The notes under the pieces are model-generated. The model saw nothing but the letters and a program-made list of their open reading frames with translations. It was not told the origin of the DNA and ran no database searches. Below, one piece after another: positions 21,132 to 34,078 of a stretch of DNA of 64,000 nt. A program made the position numbers and the translations under genes. How positions within the stretch are numbered: position 1 is the stretch's first letter; each line of letters begins with the position of its first letter. This DNA comes from Gekko japonicus (Eukaryota): contig NW_015165243.1 of assembly GCF_001447785.1 (NCBI RefSeq), positions 512,313-576,312 of the forward strand, in the 5' to 3' direction.

Positions 21132-24100
21132 GACTGTCCTACATTCATATTGCTAAAAATAAAATTAAGCATACAGAGATAATGGACAAGATGAAGAGAA
21201 CTTCTAGCATAGTCTTCCCCGAGAGGTGCTGCTGATGGTTGGTGAACCCACCAAAACAGCCCGTAAAATTAGTGAGACTGGCAAAGCAGTTAAAATCTCA
21301 GTAATTAGTGCCTTTGGGTTACACAAGGCATTCTTTGGATCCCTCTTTGGATCCCAACCAATGAAACAACCAACAGGGACCTATATATATATTCAATGTG
21401 TGTGGGGGGGTGTTCAGAGGACAGAGATTGATAACACACACACTCTTACTGCACGGCAACAGAAAAGAATGTTCATCATTGTGACATATATTTTGCAAAT
21501 CTGAAAGAAGGCAACTCTGGAAAAAATTAACAACATAAAATCTCTAAGGAACACCTTAAGCAGAAGGAATATTGTGTTCCTAGGGCATGTGAATGATGCT
21601 TAAGAAGACATCAGAACCATGGAGAAAACTTGACCTACCTGTAAAATCAGAGAATGCAGTGTACTGTGTAGCGATAAATCAAATTTGGTAGCAAAGTGCA
21701 AACATAAAAATAAAGCATTTGTTTCCATCTGAATTTTAATGGAAATGATTAGGGTTAAATATGGAGTATTCACTTATGGAGTATTCACCATCTTCTGGAA
21801 CCCTTAAGTCAGCTTGTGAAGATACCCATTTGCAAATATATAAGGGCACGAGAAGGTAAAGAATTTTGAAGCTTTCCTATGCACATTTTATTTCTCCTTT
21901 GCTAAAAGGATAAATGGACCAGTTTTAGGAGGGACAAGGGCCTAATAGTGGATGAGTTACAAAATGGCCAACACTCATCCTGTGATGAATTGAGAGATAA
22001 AGTGAACTAAACAAGAATAAAGGAAGTTTTCAGAGTTCACACACAGGTATAAATCTTCACACAGAATTGTAACTGCAATAAATGTTAAGCAATAAGCCAA
22101 GGCAGGGGTCTTAACTAGGTTCCTTTGTGCTACAGATGAGTGCATCCTATACCTTTTTTTCAGTAATAGATGGAAATAACGCAATATTGTTCAGACTGAG
22201 GTCAAATGTATTTAAGTCCTGGTACTTAATAAAAATGAAGTAGGCTGATATTCAATGTTGCTGAGCACTTCTGTCACTCGTTGGCTTCAATGGGATTCAT
22301 GGGTTCTCAGCACTTCTGAAATTACTTTTCAATGAAAACACATTTCCTTTTTGCATATAGACCTGCATCTGTTTTCCTATACTCAACTTATAGTCAATCT
22401 TTATAGACTTCCTCTGAGCTGTAAATCTATGTTACATGCTTTCTTCATTTGTTTGCTAGACAAACTGCCCTTGAGAGTTGTCCTGAATCTAAATTCTTCC
22501 ACTGTCGGCCGTAAAATATTTCAGTGCCTCAAAGCAAGCAAAAGAGTGGGGGTAGGAAAAAGAGAGTTGTGGGAGAATGTGCTGCTATTCAATGCAGAAG
22601 ATTCTCAAAACCAGGTCAGGGAGATGTGCAAATGCAAAGATGACAAGTCCACCATTTTCCAAATAGATTTTCAGGTGACAGATGGTAATTAGTATTAGGG
22701 AATGGTTTTTTGGTTTGTCTCCGGAGAAGTTTTGTGAAGCAAAGCTTGCAGCTACCAAAGCAATATGGTCTGCTGATGTTGCCAGATGTTTCTAGTGCTG
22801 CTCTCCTGACCCTGGCTTCTTCTCTGCTCCAGTTCTTAGCTGCTGTATCACTGTCTTGATGTTTGCAGTGTCAGTTTACTAACAGCAACAACAGTAGTTG
22901 AAAATGCAAACAGAATTTTGCAGTCAAAATATTTTGTTCCTCACTTTGCCTATTAGGGCTTTTTCTACATTTGTAGAGATTGTTCATATGATGCTCATAG
23001 TAAAAGTTAAACAGTGATTGTTAGAAGTCAGAAGCGACTAAATGGCACTTATACATATTATAGCTACTGGTAATTATATTGCAAGCATTCATCCTAAGTA
23101 TCCCCTTGGTTCCTAAACATTAGACTGAAATCTATACTGTTTCTCTACTTCCTCAAAATGCTCTCAGATACGTAACAGGCATCTAAAACATAGCTCCAAA
23201 AAAGTGACTATTTTGATGTTTAAAATATTTCTATGATGGCCTGAAGATATCTAGAAAGGATTTTTGATTCCTGCAAATCCTATGAAAGCTACACTGAGAA
23301 AGTCAATGTGGGAGGTTTCCTTCAAGCATCAACAAAAACATCTCTAGAGTACAAAGAGTTTAAAAACCCTTTCATTCTTCCATTCCCTAACAGATCAGTG
23401 AAGTCATATTCACATTTTATTGACGGGAAACAAATACTGAGAGATAGTAGCTGTCAAGGAGCTCAAACCTGAGCACTGTGGGGTCCCCAGAGCAGTTGCA
23501 CACAAGGGATTTATAGTGTTTATTTCAAATTCAATTAATTAAAAAAGTTCATTAAACAGCCAACACATTACTCTATAACCATGCAGCAAGAAAATAAAGA
23601 AACTAGCTCACCTGTCTAACACTTTTAGAAATTGCATTTAGCTCATGCATTCTTGATGTTGCTAGTAATTACAATTCAAATAGGTCATAGTTCTGGCCTT
23701 TAGTCCATCAGGATTCTCAGCTAGTCTCTCTTCCTCTAGGCCTTAGCTAAATTATAGTTTTTGGCCCAACAGCATCAGGTGAGGATGACATCCAATCAGA
23801 ACACATTCTCTGGAGAAGCTTCTAGAAGATTACCTCATCAACCCTGGCTCTCCTTCCCCCCCATCCTACGGGCAGCAGGTTCTCATGAGAAGCTAATCAG
23901 GCTGCTGGCCTTGAAGATGATAAGAACTGTGTAGGCTGAGGAACCAATTAGTAACACCTGCAGAAGGAACTAGGCCCATTATTATTAACATTAACCCTTG
24001 AGGGGAGGTCAGGGGAGCTTTGCCTCACAGTGGCTTATAAGAAGTGTACAGCAAAACCAAGTCCAAGATAACCCTAGAAAGAAAGCTTTTCAGCTTCAAA

Positions 24101-24933
24101 TTCAACTTTCCTGATGCAGTCAACACCAGTTCCATGGACGTATGTAAAGAAAAAATAATAAGAACAAAAATAGAAGCATTACAATTGTAATCAATAGAAT
24201 AAATCCTTGTATTATCCTTTCTGGTATCAGGGTGCATATACTAGACATAGGACTGAATTCTAACCTCCTTGTTTGCTTAGGACTGCCTATGGAAGGGGGG
24301 TTGATTTTTGTCCATTTCACCTAATGCAGTTTCCCACTTCATTCCACAGGGTATCCAGCGGTCCACTAACACCCAAGGACACAATTAGGGCTGCACAGAA
24401 GAAGGGGGGTAAGTTCCTCTTCAAGTAACTCAGCTCTTCTTTTAGGATCTATTCCATGTAAACAAGTTGATCACAACAATCTTGAGTACCTATCCAAGAG
24501 GTGGAGTGTTGCAGCCAATATCTCCATGGACAGTTAAAAATGTAACTTTAACCAAAAAAATTATCATTAAAATGTATCCTGTTGTGTGTGGTTTCCTAGC
24601 ATTGTCCTCAGCTAGATGACATGGAATATATTGTGAAACAATACCTACATTAGCTGCCCTGCCCTACAGGAGTAGGCTAAGATTGCAGTTAAAATGTCTC
24701 TATAACTTAAACCCGTTTGNNNNNNNNNNNNNNNNNNNNNNNNNNNNNNNNNNNNNNNNNNNNNNNNNNNNNNNNNNNNNNNNNNNNNNNNNNNNNNNNN
24801 NNNNNNNNNNNNNNNNNNNNNNNNNNNNNNNNNNNNNNNNNNNNNNNNNNNNNNNNNNNNNNCATAACCGGGATCCTTTTAATGCCAACAGCAGGCAAAA
24901 ATGCAAATGTTTTAATATATGTATACATAAATC

Positions 24934-25316
24934 CAGGGCTCTTTTTGTAGAAAAAGCCCAGCAGGAACTCATTAGCATAATAGGCCACACCCAACAGCAG
25001 AAACTCATTAGCATATTAGACCACATAGCTCATTAGCACATTAGGCCGCACCCCCATTGTACCAGAAGTGTGGTCATCCAGCCACACCCACCTTTTGCTT
25101 CTTATTCTGTTGACCTTGTTTGTTCTCAAAATCCAGGGCTTTTTTGTAGCAGGAACTTTTTTGCACATTAGGCCACACACCCCTAACATAGCCAACCCTA
25201 ATGAGTTTCTGCTGTTGGGTGTGGCCTATTATGTTAATGAGTTCCTGCTGGGCGTGGCCAACTCGGGAGCCAGCCGGAACTCCGTTCCTGCGTGTTCCTG
25301 CCAAAAAATAGCCCTG
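24934..25316. mobile_element. hAT MITE with a duplicated internal left end
   Basis: TIRs CAGGGCTcTTTTT / AAAAAtAGCCCTG. Perfect 8-bp TSD cataaatc at 24926-24933 and 25317-25324. A second CAGGGCTTTTTT starts at 25134. Confidence 0.85.
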
Positions 25317-25488
25317 CATAAATCTATTTTAAAAATGGATCCATGGCTATGGCTCTGTAACAACAAAAGTCAGAACATTTTAACTGACTTTTAAAATCTT
25401 AAAATACATTCTTGTTTTCGTGTATCATCTACTAAATTTAATATATCAACTAATAGCTATTTTCTGAATTCTACTTACTGCAATTGAT

Positions 25489-25568
25489 CTGAAGAAGTGT
25501 CAAGGAGCTCACAAAAAGCCCAAATTGAAATACGTTTTGTTAGTTTTTAAGGTACCAGTGGATTTTTT
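25489..25568 (+). mobile_element. Penelope-like short element remnant with a decayed hammerhead motif
   Basis: ctgaagaagtg...ctcac(a)aaaagc...tttgttagtttttaaggtacc resembles the squamate PLE end CTGAAGAAGTG...CACGAAAGC...TTTGTTAGTCTTAAAGGTGC. Confidence 0.5.
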
Positions 25569-25600
25569 TCTCTCACATAAGTGATACTCTTAGTGGGATG

Positions 25601-27682
25601 TAAGAACATAAGAACATAAGAGACGCCAATGTTGGATCAGGCCAAAGACCCATCCAGTCCAACACTCTGTGTCACACAGTGGCCAGAAATACCAGTGCCA
25701 GCAGGAGGTCCAGCAGTGGGGCCAGGACATTAGAAGCCCTCCCACTGTTGACCCCCCCCAAGTACCAAGAAGACAGAGCATCACTTGCCCCAGAGCCCCT
25801 AGCTATACCTTGTGGCTAATAGCCACTGATGGACCTCTGCTCCATATGCTTATCTAATTCCCTTTTGAAGCCGTCCATGCTTGTAGCACCCACCACTTCC
25901 TGTGGCAGTGAATTCCATGTGTTAATCACTCTTTGGGTGAAGAAGTACTTCCTTTTATCCGTTCTAACCCGACCGCTCTGCAGTTTCATGCAGTGCCCAC
26001 GAGTTCTTGTATTGTGAGAAAGGGAGAAAAGTACCTCTTTCTTTACCTGCTCTTTCCCATGCATAATCTTATAAACCTCGATCATGTCACCCCTCAGTCG
26101 TCTTTTCTCCAAGCTAAAGAGCCCTAAGCGCTTTAACCTTTCCTCATAGGGAAAGTGTTCCAACCCTTTTATCATTCGAGTTGCCCTTTTCTGCACTTTT
26201 TCCAAAGCTATAATATCCTTTTTAAGGTGTGGTGCCCAGAACTGCACACAGTATTCCAAATGAGGTCTCACCATTGATTTATATAGGGGCATTATTATAT
26301 TGGCTGATCTGTTTTCAATACCCTTCCTAATAATCCCCAGCATAGCATTGGCCTTCTTTATTGCAGTCACACACTGTCTCGACATTTTCAGTGAGTTATC
26401 CACTACAACTCCAAGATCTCTCTCTTGCTCAGTCTCTGCCAGTTCAGACCCCATCAATGTGTATTTATATTTAGGATTTTTGGCTCCAATGTGCATCACC
26501 TTGCACTTGGCCACATTGAACCCCATTTGCCATGTTGACGCCCACTCGCCCATCCTTGACAGATCCCCTTGGAGTGCCTCACAATCCTCACTGGTTTTCA
26601 CCACCCTGAACAACTTTGTATCATCCGCAAATTTAGCCACTTCACTGCTTACTCCCATCTCCAAATCATTAATGAACAAGTTAAAAAGCAGTGGACCAAG
26701 TACTGATCCCTGCGGTACCCCACTGCTTACCACCCTCCACTGAGAAAATTGCCCACCTACACTCACTCTCTGTTTTCTATGAACTAGCCAGTTTTTGATC
26801 CATAAAAGGACTTGTCCTTCTATCCCATGATTTTTGAGCTTACTTAGGAGCCTTTGATGAGGAACTTTATCAAAAGCTTTCTGGAAGTCAAGGTAAATAA
26901 TATCTATTGGATCCCCCTTGTCCACATGTTTGTTCACCCCCTCAAAGAACACTAACAGGTTAGTGAGACAAGATCTTCCCTTACAGAAACCGTGCTGAGT
27001 CTGCCTCAATAGGTTTTGTTCATCTATGTGCCTACTAATTCTTTCCTTAATAATGGTTTCCACCAATTTACCCGGTATCGACGTCAGACTGACTGGCCTG
27101 TAATTTCCCGGATCTCCTCTGGAACCCTTTTTAAAGATGGGAGTGACATTAGCTACCTTCCAATCCTCAGGAATGGAGGCAGATTTTAAGGAAAGATTAC
27201 ATATCTTTGTCAGGAGATCTACAAGTTCACATTTGAGTTCTTTCAGAACTCTCGGATGTATGCCATCTGGGCCTGGTGATTTTTCAGTTTTTAAGTTGTC
27301 TATCAGTTTTAGGACCTCCTCTCTTGTCACCTCAATCTGACTCAGGTCTTTCAACACCCCTCCTGAAATCAGTGGTTCTGGAGTGGGCAAGCACTTCTCA
27401 TCTTCCACAGTGAAGACGGAGGCAAAAAATGCATTTAGCTTCTCAGCCATTTCCCTATCATCCTTCAATACTCTTTTTATCCCTTGGTCGTCCAAGGGCC
27501 CCACTGCCTCCCTGGCTGGTTTCCTGTTTCTAATGTATTTGAAGAAAGTTTTATTGTTGGTTTTTACGTTTGTTGCTATATGCTCCTCATATTCCCTTTT
27601 TGCCTGCCTGACCTCAGACTTGCATTTTATTTGCCATAGCCTGTGTTCCGTTTTATCAGCCTCATAGGGAAAGTGTTCCAAC
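25601..27682 (-). mobile_element. CR1 LINE, 5'-truncated and very young
   Basis: (TTCTTATG)n 3' tail and an uninterrupted ORF2 remainder. Confidence 0.97.
25816..27681 (-). CDS. CR1 ORF2 reverse transcriptase, partial (endonuclease missing)
   Basis: 621 open codons with motifs KSPGPDGIHPRVLKEL, NYRPVSLTS, YLDFQKAFDKV, GVPQGSVLGPLLF, FADD, RPHLEYCVQFW. It has no true start and is probably not expressed as such. Confidence 0.85.
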   Translation of the reverse strand: MEHFPYEADKTEHRLWQIKCKSEVRQAKREYEEHIATNVKTNNKTFFKYIRNRKPAREAVGPLDDQGIKRVLKDDREMAEKLNAFFASVFTVEDEKCLPTPEPLISGGVLKDLSQIEVTREEVLKLIDNLKTEKSPGPDGIHPRVLKELKCELVDLLTKICNLSLKSASIPEDWKVANVTPIFKKGSRGDPGNYRPVSLTSIPGKLVETIIKERISRHIDEQNLLRQTQHGFCKGRSCLTNLLVFFEGVNKHVDKGDPIDIIYLDFQKAFDKVPHQRLLSKLKNHGIEGQVLLWIKNWLVHRKQRVSVGGQFSQWRVVSSGVPQGSVLGPLLFNLFINDLEMGVSSEVAKFADDTKLFRVVKTSEDCEALQGDLSRMGEWASTWQMGFNVAKCKVMHIGAKNPKYKYTLMGSELAETEQERDLGVVVDNSLKMSRQCVTAIKKANAMLGIIRKGIENRSANIIMPLYKSMVRPHLEYCVQFWAPHLKKDIIALEKVQKRATRMIKGLEHFPYEERLKRLGLFSLEKRRLRGDMIEVYKIMHGKEQVKKEVLFSLSHNTRTRGHCMKLQSGRVRTDKRKYFFTQRVINTWNSLPQEVVGATSMDGFKRELDKHMEQRSISGY

Positions 27683-28599
27683 AGTGTGTCTTATACAGTG
27701 GTATCAAGGTGTCCTGTGCAGTTGCATATTGAGAATTATTCCTCAGGTGATATATTATCTTGGATCAAAGACTGTAAATCAGGCGTTAAGTATGCCTCCA
27801 ATAAAAATAACGGGGGGGTTATTACTAGACTGTGATATATAGTGCATAACGAATATTAGAGGCTCATGCTTCCAAGCGACTAACCCTTGGACATTTTAAG
27901 CAGAATCTCACATGAATTTCAATGATATATATAGCAGGGCTTTTGCCCTGCTGTATCAACACTATATAAAAACTATTTTTAAAAAAATCATGACATTCTG
28001 TGCAATAGTTCAGTCTCATGCTTTTGGCTTTAGTTTGTAGATTTATAAAGATTTCCGTATACAGAAGAAAAATTAAACTAACCACTCTTAATACCTATAA
28101 ACAGATATAAAGGACATTTTAGATAGGCACATGAATGTGTATGTGTGTGTGTGTCCAGGCATGCAAACAAAGCGTAATAAAATGCATATGCACAGTAGTC
28201 TGAACAAAATCTGGAAATCTAAAATGAAAAAAGGCAAACTGTTACTGCATCCGTGCTGCTTCACACCAAGATAAGGTAATTTGGAACCCTCAGATCTACA
28301 GAGAAATTTAGATGAAAACACATTTCATAAACATCCCCAATTAGAACAAACAACTGGGAAGCTGCAAGGACTTGCAGGGTAAATCTTATTTCCCTTTCCA
28401 CCACTATTTCTTCTTTTCCTTCCTTGAAAGACCCATAGCCCTTCCCCCTTTCCTGCCTCCTTCTCTCCTTCCTACCTGCCAACTGACCTACTTTTATCTC
28501 CTCCCCACCCTCAGTATTGCACCCTTCCCTAACCCTGGCACCCTCTACCCAGGAAAACCATGGCCCTTGTGTTTGGCTACGCTGGTCCGGTCCCTGCTC

Positions 28600-29270
28600 T
28601 CTCTGCCTTGCATGGTAATCTCCTTTGCCTTGTGTGGGGCTTGGTTGGGTCGAGCGCCTCACACAGGGGTTGACAAAGTGGTACCATCTGTCTTGCCTTG
28701 TGTGGGAGCAGCCCTCTGCCTTGACTCATGCAGGGCTCAGCTGAGCCAGGTGCTGCCCTTTGCCTTGCCTTGTGCTGTGATGCTTGGCCAGGCACTGCCC
28801 TCTGCCTTGCCTCACCTCCTGTAGGGCTTGACCAGGCTCTGTCTTCTGCCTTGACTTGACTGGGGCTGGGCTCTGCCCTCTCCCTTGCCACATGTGAGGC
28901 TGGGACAGGCACAGCTGTCTGCATCACCTCATGCAGGGCTCAGCTGGGCCCCACCAAACAGGGCTTGGCCAGGTACTGCTATCTGCAAAACATTGCATGG
29001 GACTTGGCTGGGCCAGGCACCATCAACTGCCTCACCTCATGGAGGGATTGACCTGGGTACTCGCATCTGCTTTGCCTTGCATAGGGCTACACAGGGCTGG
29101 GCACCAGAGTCTGGCTCATTGGCCAGGCCAGATTCCACTGTCTGCTTTGCCTCAAACAGGCTGAGCCAGGCATCGCTACCTCCCCCATTTCACCTCTCGT
29201 GTGGGGCCCAGTGGCCCAAGCTCTGTCTGTTCAGCTTTGCCTCAGGTTGATTATACACCACCTCTCCCGC
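28600..29270. repeat. Degenerate GC-rich minisatellite (unit about 40-45 bp)
   Basis: Recurring ctctgccttgcct...gggct.(a/g)gctg(a/g)gccagg units. Confidence 0.55.
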
Positions 29271-29715
29271 TATGTGAAAGGCTTGGGTGGTTTGGTCTGA
29301 GCCCTTCTGTCAGGGCGCTGGCTAACCCACGTGTGGGAGCAGGACATCGGCCCACCAGGAGGCAACCAGGCACTCTCAATGGACATTTCCCATCCCAGTG
29401 AGGTAAATTAGGCTGAGAATGTGGAACTGGCTTGAAGTCATCCAGTAGGTTTCCACAGCAGAATGGACATTCAAGGTCCTAGTCTAAAACTCTAAGCACT
29501 GAGGAGCTGAGAGGAGTTATTTCCCCAATTTTGCTGCTCCATGTGGAGTATCTGTGCATGTGGAGCACCAAAACAGAACTCCCCCAGCACAGTTTTCATA
29601 TAGGAAAACAGTTTAGGGAGGCAGGAGGCCTCCCCCCCCCCTCATGCCATTCCAAGCACATTTTGAACAATTCATAACAAGCAGCAGCTGCATACAAGAC
29701 ATGAGAAAGTCCAAA

Positions 29716-30568
29716 AAACATAAGAACATAAGAACATAAGAGATGCCAATGTTGGATCAGGCCAAAGGCCCATCCAGTCCAACACTCTGTATCCCACAGT
29801 GGCCAGAAATACCAGTGCCATCAGGAGGTCCACCAGTGGGGCCAGGACATTAGAAGCCCTCCCACTGTTGACCCCCCCCCCCAAGCACCAAGATGACAGA
29901 GCATCACTTGCCCCAGAGTCCCTATCTATACCTTGTGGCTAATAGCCACTGATGGACCTCTGCTCCATATGCTTATCTAATTCCCTTTTGAAGCCATCCA
30001 TGCTTGTAGCTGCCACCACTTCCTGTGGCAGTGAATTCCAAGTGTTAATCACTCTTTGGGTGAAGAAGTACTTCCTTTTATCCGTTCTAACCCGACCACT
30101 CAGCAATTTCATGGAGTGCCCACGGGTTCTTGTATTGTGAGAAAGGGAGAAAAGTACCTCTTTCTCTACCTGCTCTTTCCCATGCATAATCTTATAAACC
30201 TCAATCATGTCACCCCTCAGTCGTCGTTTCTCCAAGCTAAAGAGCCCTAAGCGCCTTAACCTTTCCTCATAGGGAAAGTGTTCCAACCCTTTTATCATTC
30301 TAGTTGCTCTTTTCTGCACTTTTTCCAAAGCTATAATATCCTTTTTAAGGTGTGGTGACCAGAATTGCACACAGTATTCCAGATGAGGTCACACCATTGA
30401 TTTATATAGCGGCATTTTGATATTGGCTGATCTGTTTACAATACCCTTCCTAATAATCCCCAGCATAGCATTGGCCTTCTTTATTGCAGTCACACACTGT
30501 CTCGACATTTTCAGTGAGTTATCTACTACAACTCCAAGATCTCTCTCTTGATCAGTCTCTGCCAGTTC
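29716..30568 (-). mobile_element. CR1 LINE 3' fragment
   Basis: Same tail and ORF2 C-terminus as 25601-27682. Confidence 0.95.
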
Positions 30569-32340
30569 CCTTCAACTTCTTTGAAATATTGCATCCCCTT
30601 ATTTCCAGTACTACTCAATACTGAGACCCAATCACAAGAGTAACACAAGCATTAGAAGTATAATTCTGGCCTTACCAATGAACTCTATATCAACTATACA
30701 TGAAAATAAGCCCTATCTACCTTTGCAGATGAAGTGCCTGCAGGCAAAGTCTGTTTCCTACTACTAAGCACGTTCAATTTTTGTGATGTACTGTTTGCTA
30801 AAAGGTATGTGAATATGTATACACAACAGAGAGAAAAGTTGAAAAGAAAATAGGAAGCTATTATAATTACAGCAGTAAAAAAAAACTTATCCATTAATAT
30901 TTGCATTTCACCCATACTTGGGGGGAGGGCTTTAATTCCCTTTCCAAATGTTGCTTTGATTTTTCAGCAAGACAAAGTCAAAGTTCAAACTGGAAGTTAA
31001 CCAAAACCAAAATATTTCTTTCTAGATCTGGGGTCCAATTATGCAAAATTCAAGAGCTCCTCTTGCAACCATAAATCATCACAGGATTACCTAAAATCTC
31101 GTAAACTGCATAGTATATCAGGCCTGAACTTCATTTAGGACAGTTTACTAAAGTTCTAGGCATATTCACTTTCCCGTTCAAATTCCCTCCTGTTCCCCAG
31201 AAGAGTTGCACAAGCTAGCGGGGTATTAAACGCTCTCTTCTTCAGCTGTTTTCAGTGTAAATCACATGCACAAAAAACAGTTACTGAGACACTGGTTACA
31301 TTTGCTATTAGACTCTAATTACATTTCAGTATTTTCAACTTAAACAAATTATTAGGGATTTAAAAATGGGGAAATTCTTGGTCAAGTTGGGAGGATAAAA
31401 TTGAATTCCCTTTGGTGCTGCATTGCATCAATAACACACAAGTGCTTATCTGAACCAGTAATCTGGATGGAAAAGAAAGACATTAATAATCAAAAGTACA
31501 CAACAAACTGCACAGTCTGTACAGAACAAAAATAAATAAATAGAATTGCACTAAGAGACGTGAGGCTGATTTTTTACCATCTCCCTCCTCTCCACTGCAG
31601 CCTCCCAACCTTTATTGTGGTTTTTTTGGTAACCTTTATTGTTACTAGCTTACATGGGCCATAAAGAGAAGGGAAACAAGAAAAAAATCCCTGATCCTTG
31701 CACACATGGTCACAGGATTCAAACGTTGTTCTAGCTACTTTGAATAAAAACATTAATTACAAAAGTATTTGTTAATGTTTACATCTCTTACTTTTGTGAC
31801 TTGGTGCCTGGTTTAGAATTCACAGAAGGTTGAGAGAGAAAGGAGAGGAAATAATGAAACTAATATGGAGTTTCTCTCTCTTCATTCCACATGTGCATTT
31901 ACTTTGCAGGCCAGATAGGTATAGGGACTTCTGCTACTAGCCTGGCCAAGCAGGCCATGCAGGGCTCAAACGCTGGAAGAAAATCCCACTCCTTCCCCTT
32001 CACTTCACAGCACCCAACCTTGCCCAGGTGCACCAAAGCCCTGCATCGCAGGCACATCAGGAAAGAGCACCAGAGATGCCAAAGGAGGCCTCCATCTTTA
32101 CAACTTCCACAATATCCACAAAGCTCCAATCCTTTAAAATATTGAATCGTTGGTATATCACTCCTGTCAAATTATCACTTAAAAACTCTTCCCTAAATAC
32201 ATTCTGCTGGAATGTAGATTGGGAATGTAGATTGGCAGTGTTGGGAATGGGGCACATATGATCATTGGCGGTGGCAATGCAAATTCATACAGGATTTTTG
32301 GCTAAAAGTTCTGGATCAGATTCATAGTGCTATAGGATTG

Positions 32341-32633
32341 GAGAGCCAGTTTGGTGTAGTGGTTAAGTGCGCAGACTCTAATCTGGGAGAACCGGATTTG
32401 ATTCCCCACTCCTCTACTTGCACCTGGCTGGATGACCTTGGGCAAGCCGTAGTTCTGATAAGAGCTGTTCTTGAAAAAGAGCAGTTTCTGTTAAGAGCTC
32501 TCTCAGCCCCACCTACCTCACAGGGTGTCTGTTGTGGGGAGGGGAAGGGAAAGGAGTTTGTAAGCTGCTCTGAGACACATTTGGGTACTGAAGGGTGGGG
32601 TATATATCCAATCTCCTCCTCCTCCTCCTCCTT
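32341..32633 (+). mobile_element. Squam3-type SINE, full length
   Basis: Head GAGAGCCAGTTTGGTGTAGTGGTTAAG and a (CTC)n tail. Flanking repeat ggattg at 32335-32340 and 32634-32639. Confidence 0.9.
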
Positions 32634-32636
32634 GGA

Positions 32637-34078
32637 TTGCCCACTCCAGAACCACTGACTTCAGGAGGTGATTGAGTCAGATTGAAGTGATGAGAGTGGA
32701 GGTCCTATGACGGATAGACAACTTAAAAACTAATAAATCACCAGGCTCAGATGGCATACATCCGAGAGTTCTGAAAGAACTCAGAAGTGAACTTGTGGAT
32801 CTCCTTACAAAAATATGTAATCTTTCATTAAAATCTACCTCCATTCCTGAGGACTGGAAGGTAGCTAATGTCACTCCCATCTTTAAAAAGGGTTCCAGAG
32901 GAGATCCGGGAAATTACAGGCCAGTCAGTCTGACGTCGATACCGGGTAAATTGGTGGAAACCATTATTAAGGAAAGAATTAGTAGGCACATAGATGAACA
33001 AAACCTATTGAGGCAGACTCAACATGGGTTCTGTAAGGGAAGATCTTGTCTCACTAACCTGTTAATGTTCTTTGAGGGGGTGAACAAACATGTGGACAAG
33101 GGGGATCCAATAGATATTATTTACCTTGACTTCCAGAAAGCTTTTGATAAAGTTCCTCATCAAAGGCTCAGAAATCATGGGATAAAAGGACAAGTCCTTT
33201 TATGGATCAAAAACTGGCTAATTAATAGAAAACAGAGAGTGAGTATAAATGGGCAGTTCTCCCAGTGGAGGGGGGTAAGCAGTGGGGTACCACAGGGATC
33301 AGTACTTGGTCCACTGCTTTTTAACTTGTTCATTAATGATTTGGAGTTGGGAGTAAGCAGTGAAGTGGCTAAATTTGCGGATGATACAAAGTTGTTCAGG
33401 GTGGTGAAAACCAGTGAGGATTGTGAGGCACTCCAAAGGGATCTGTCAAAGATGGGCAAGTGGGCGTCAACATGGCAAATGGGGTTCAATGTGGCCAAGT
33501 GCAAGGTGATGCACATTGGAGCCAAAAATCCTAAATATAAATACACATTGATGGGGTCTGAACTGGCAGAGACTGAGCAAGAGAGAGATCTTGGAGTTGT
33601 AGTGGATAACTCACTGAAAATGTCGAGACAGTGTGTGACTGCAATAAAGAAGGCCAATGCTATGCTGGGGATTATTAGGAAGGGTATTGAAAACAGATCA
33701 GCCAATATAATAATGCCCCTATATAAATCAATGGTGAGACCTCATTTGGAATACTGTGTGCAGTTCTGGGCACCACACCTTAAAAAGGATATTATAGCTT
33801 TGGAAAAAGTGCAGAAAAGGGCAACTCGAATGATAAAAGGGTTGGAACACTTTCCCTATGAGGAAAGGTTAAAGCGCTTAGGGCTCTTTAGCTTGGAGAA
33901 AAGACGACTGAGGGGTGACATGATCGAGGTTTATAAGATTATGCATGGGAAAGTCCTGGTCCCACTGCTGGATGTCCTGATGGCACCTGGTATTTTTGGC
34001 CACTGTGTGACAGAGTGTTGGACTGGATGGGCCATTGGCCTGATCCAACATTGGCTTCTCTTATGTTCTTATGTTCTT
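32637..34078 (+). mobile_element. CR1 LINE, 5'-truncated, with an internal deletion at about 33952
   Basis: 428-codon RT frame with FADD. It jumps from ...KIMHGK directly into 3' UTR sequence and ends in a (TTCTTATG)n tail. Confidence 0.95.

Noticed and set aside
22690-22890. Possible extra ERC2 exon equivalent to the ERC1 DSLRKKDDRIEELEEALRES exon
   Set aside because: The minus-strand frames I translated show no similarity, and I saw no convincing splice sites.
24683-25036. ORFs containing X runs
   Set aside because: Artefacts of the assembly gap at 24720-24862.
26300-26743. Long ORFs such as 26300..26743 and 33175..33705
   Set aside because: They are antisense frames of CR1 ORF2.
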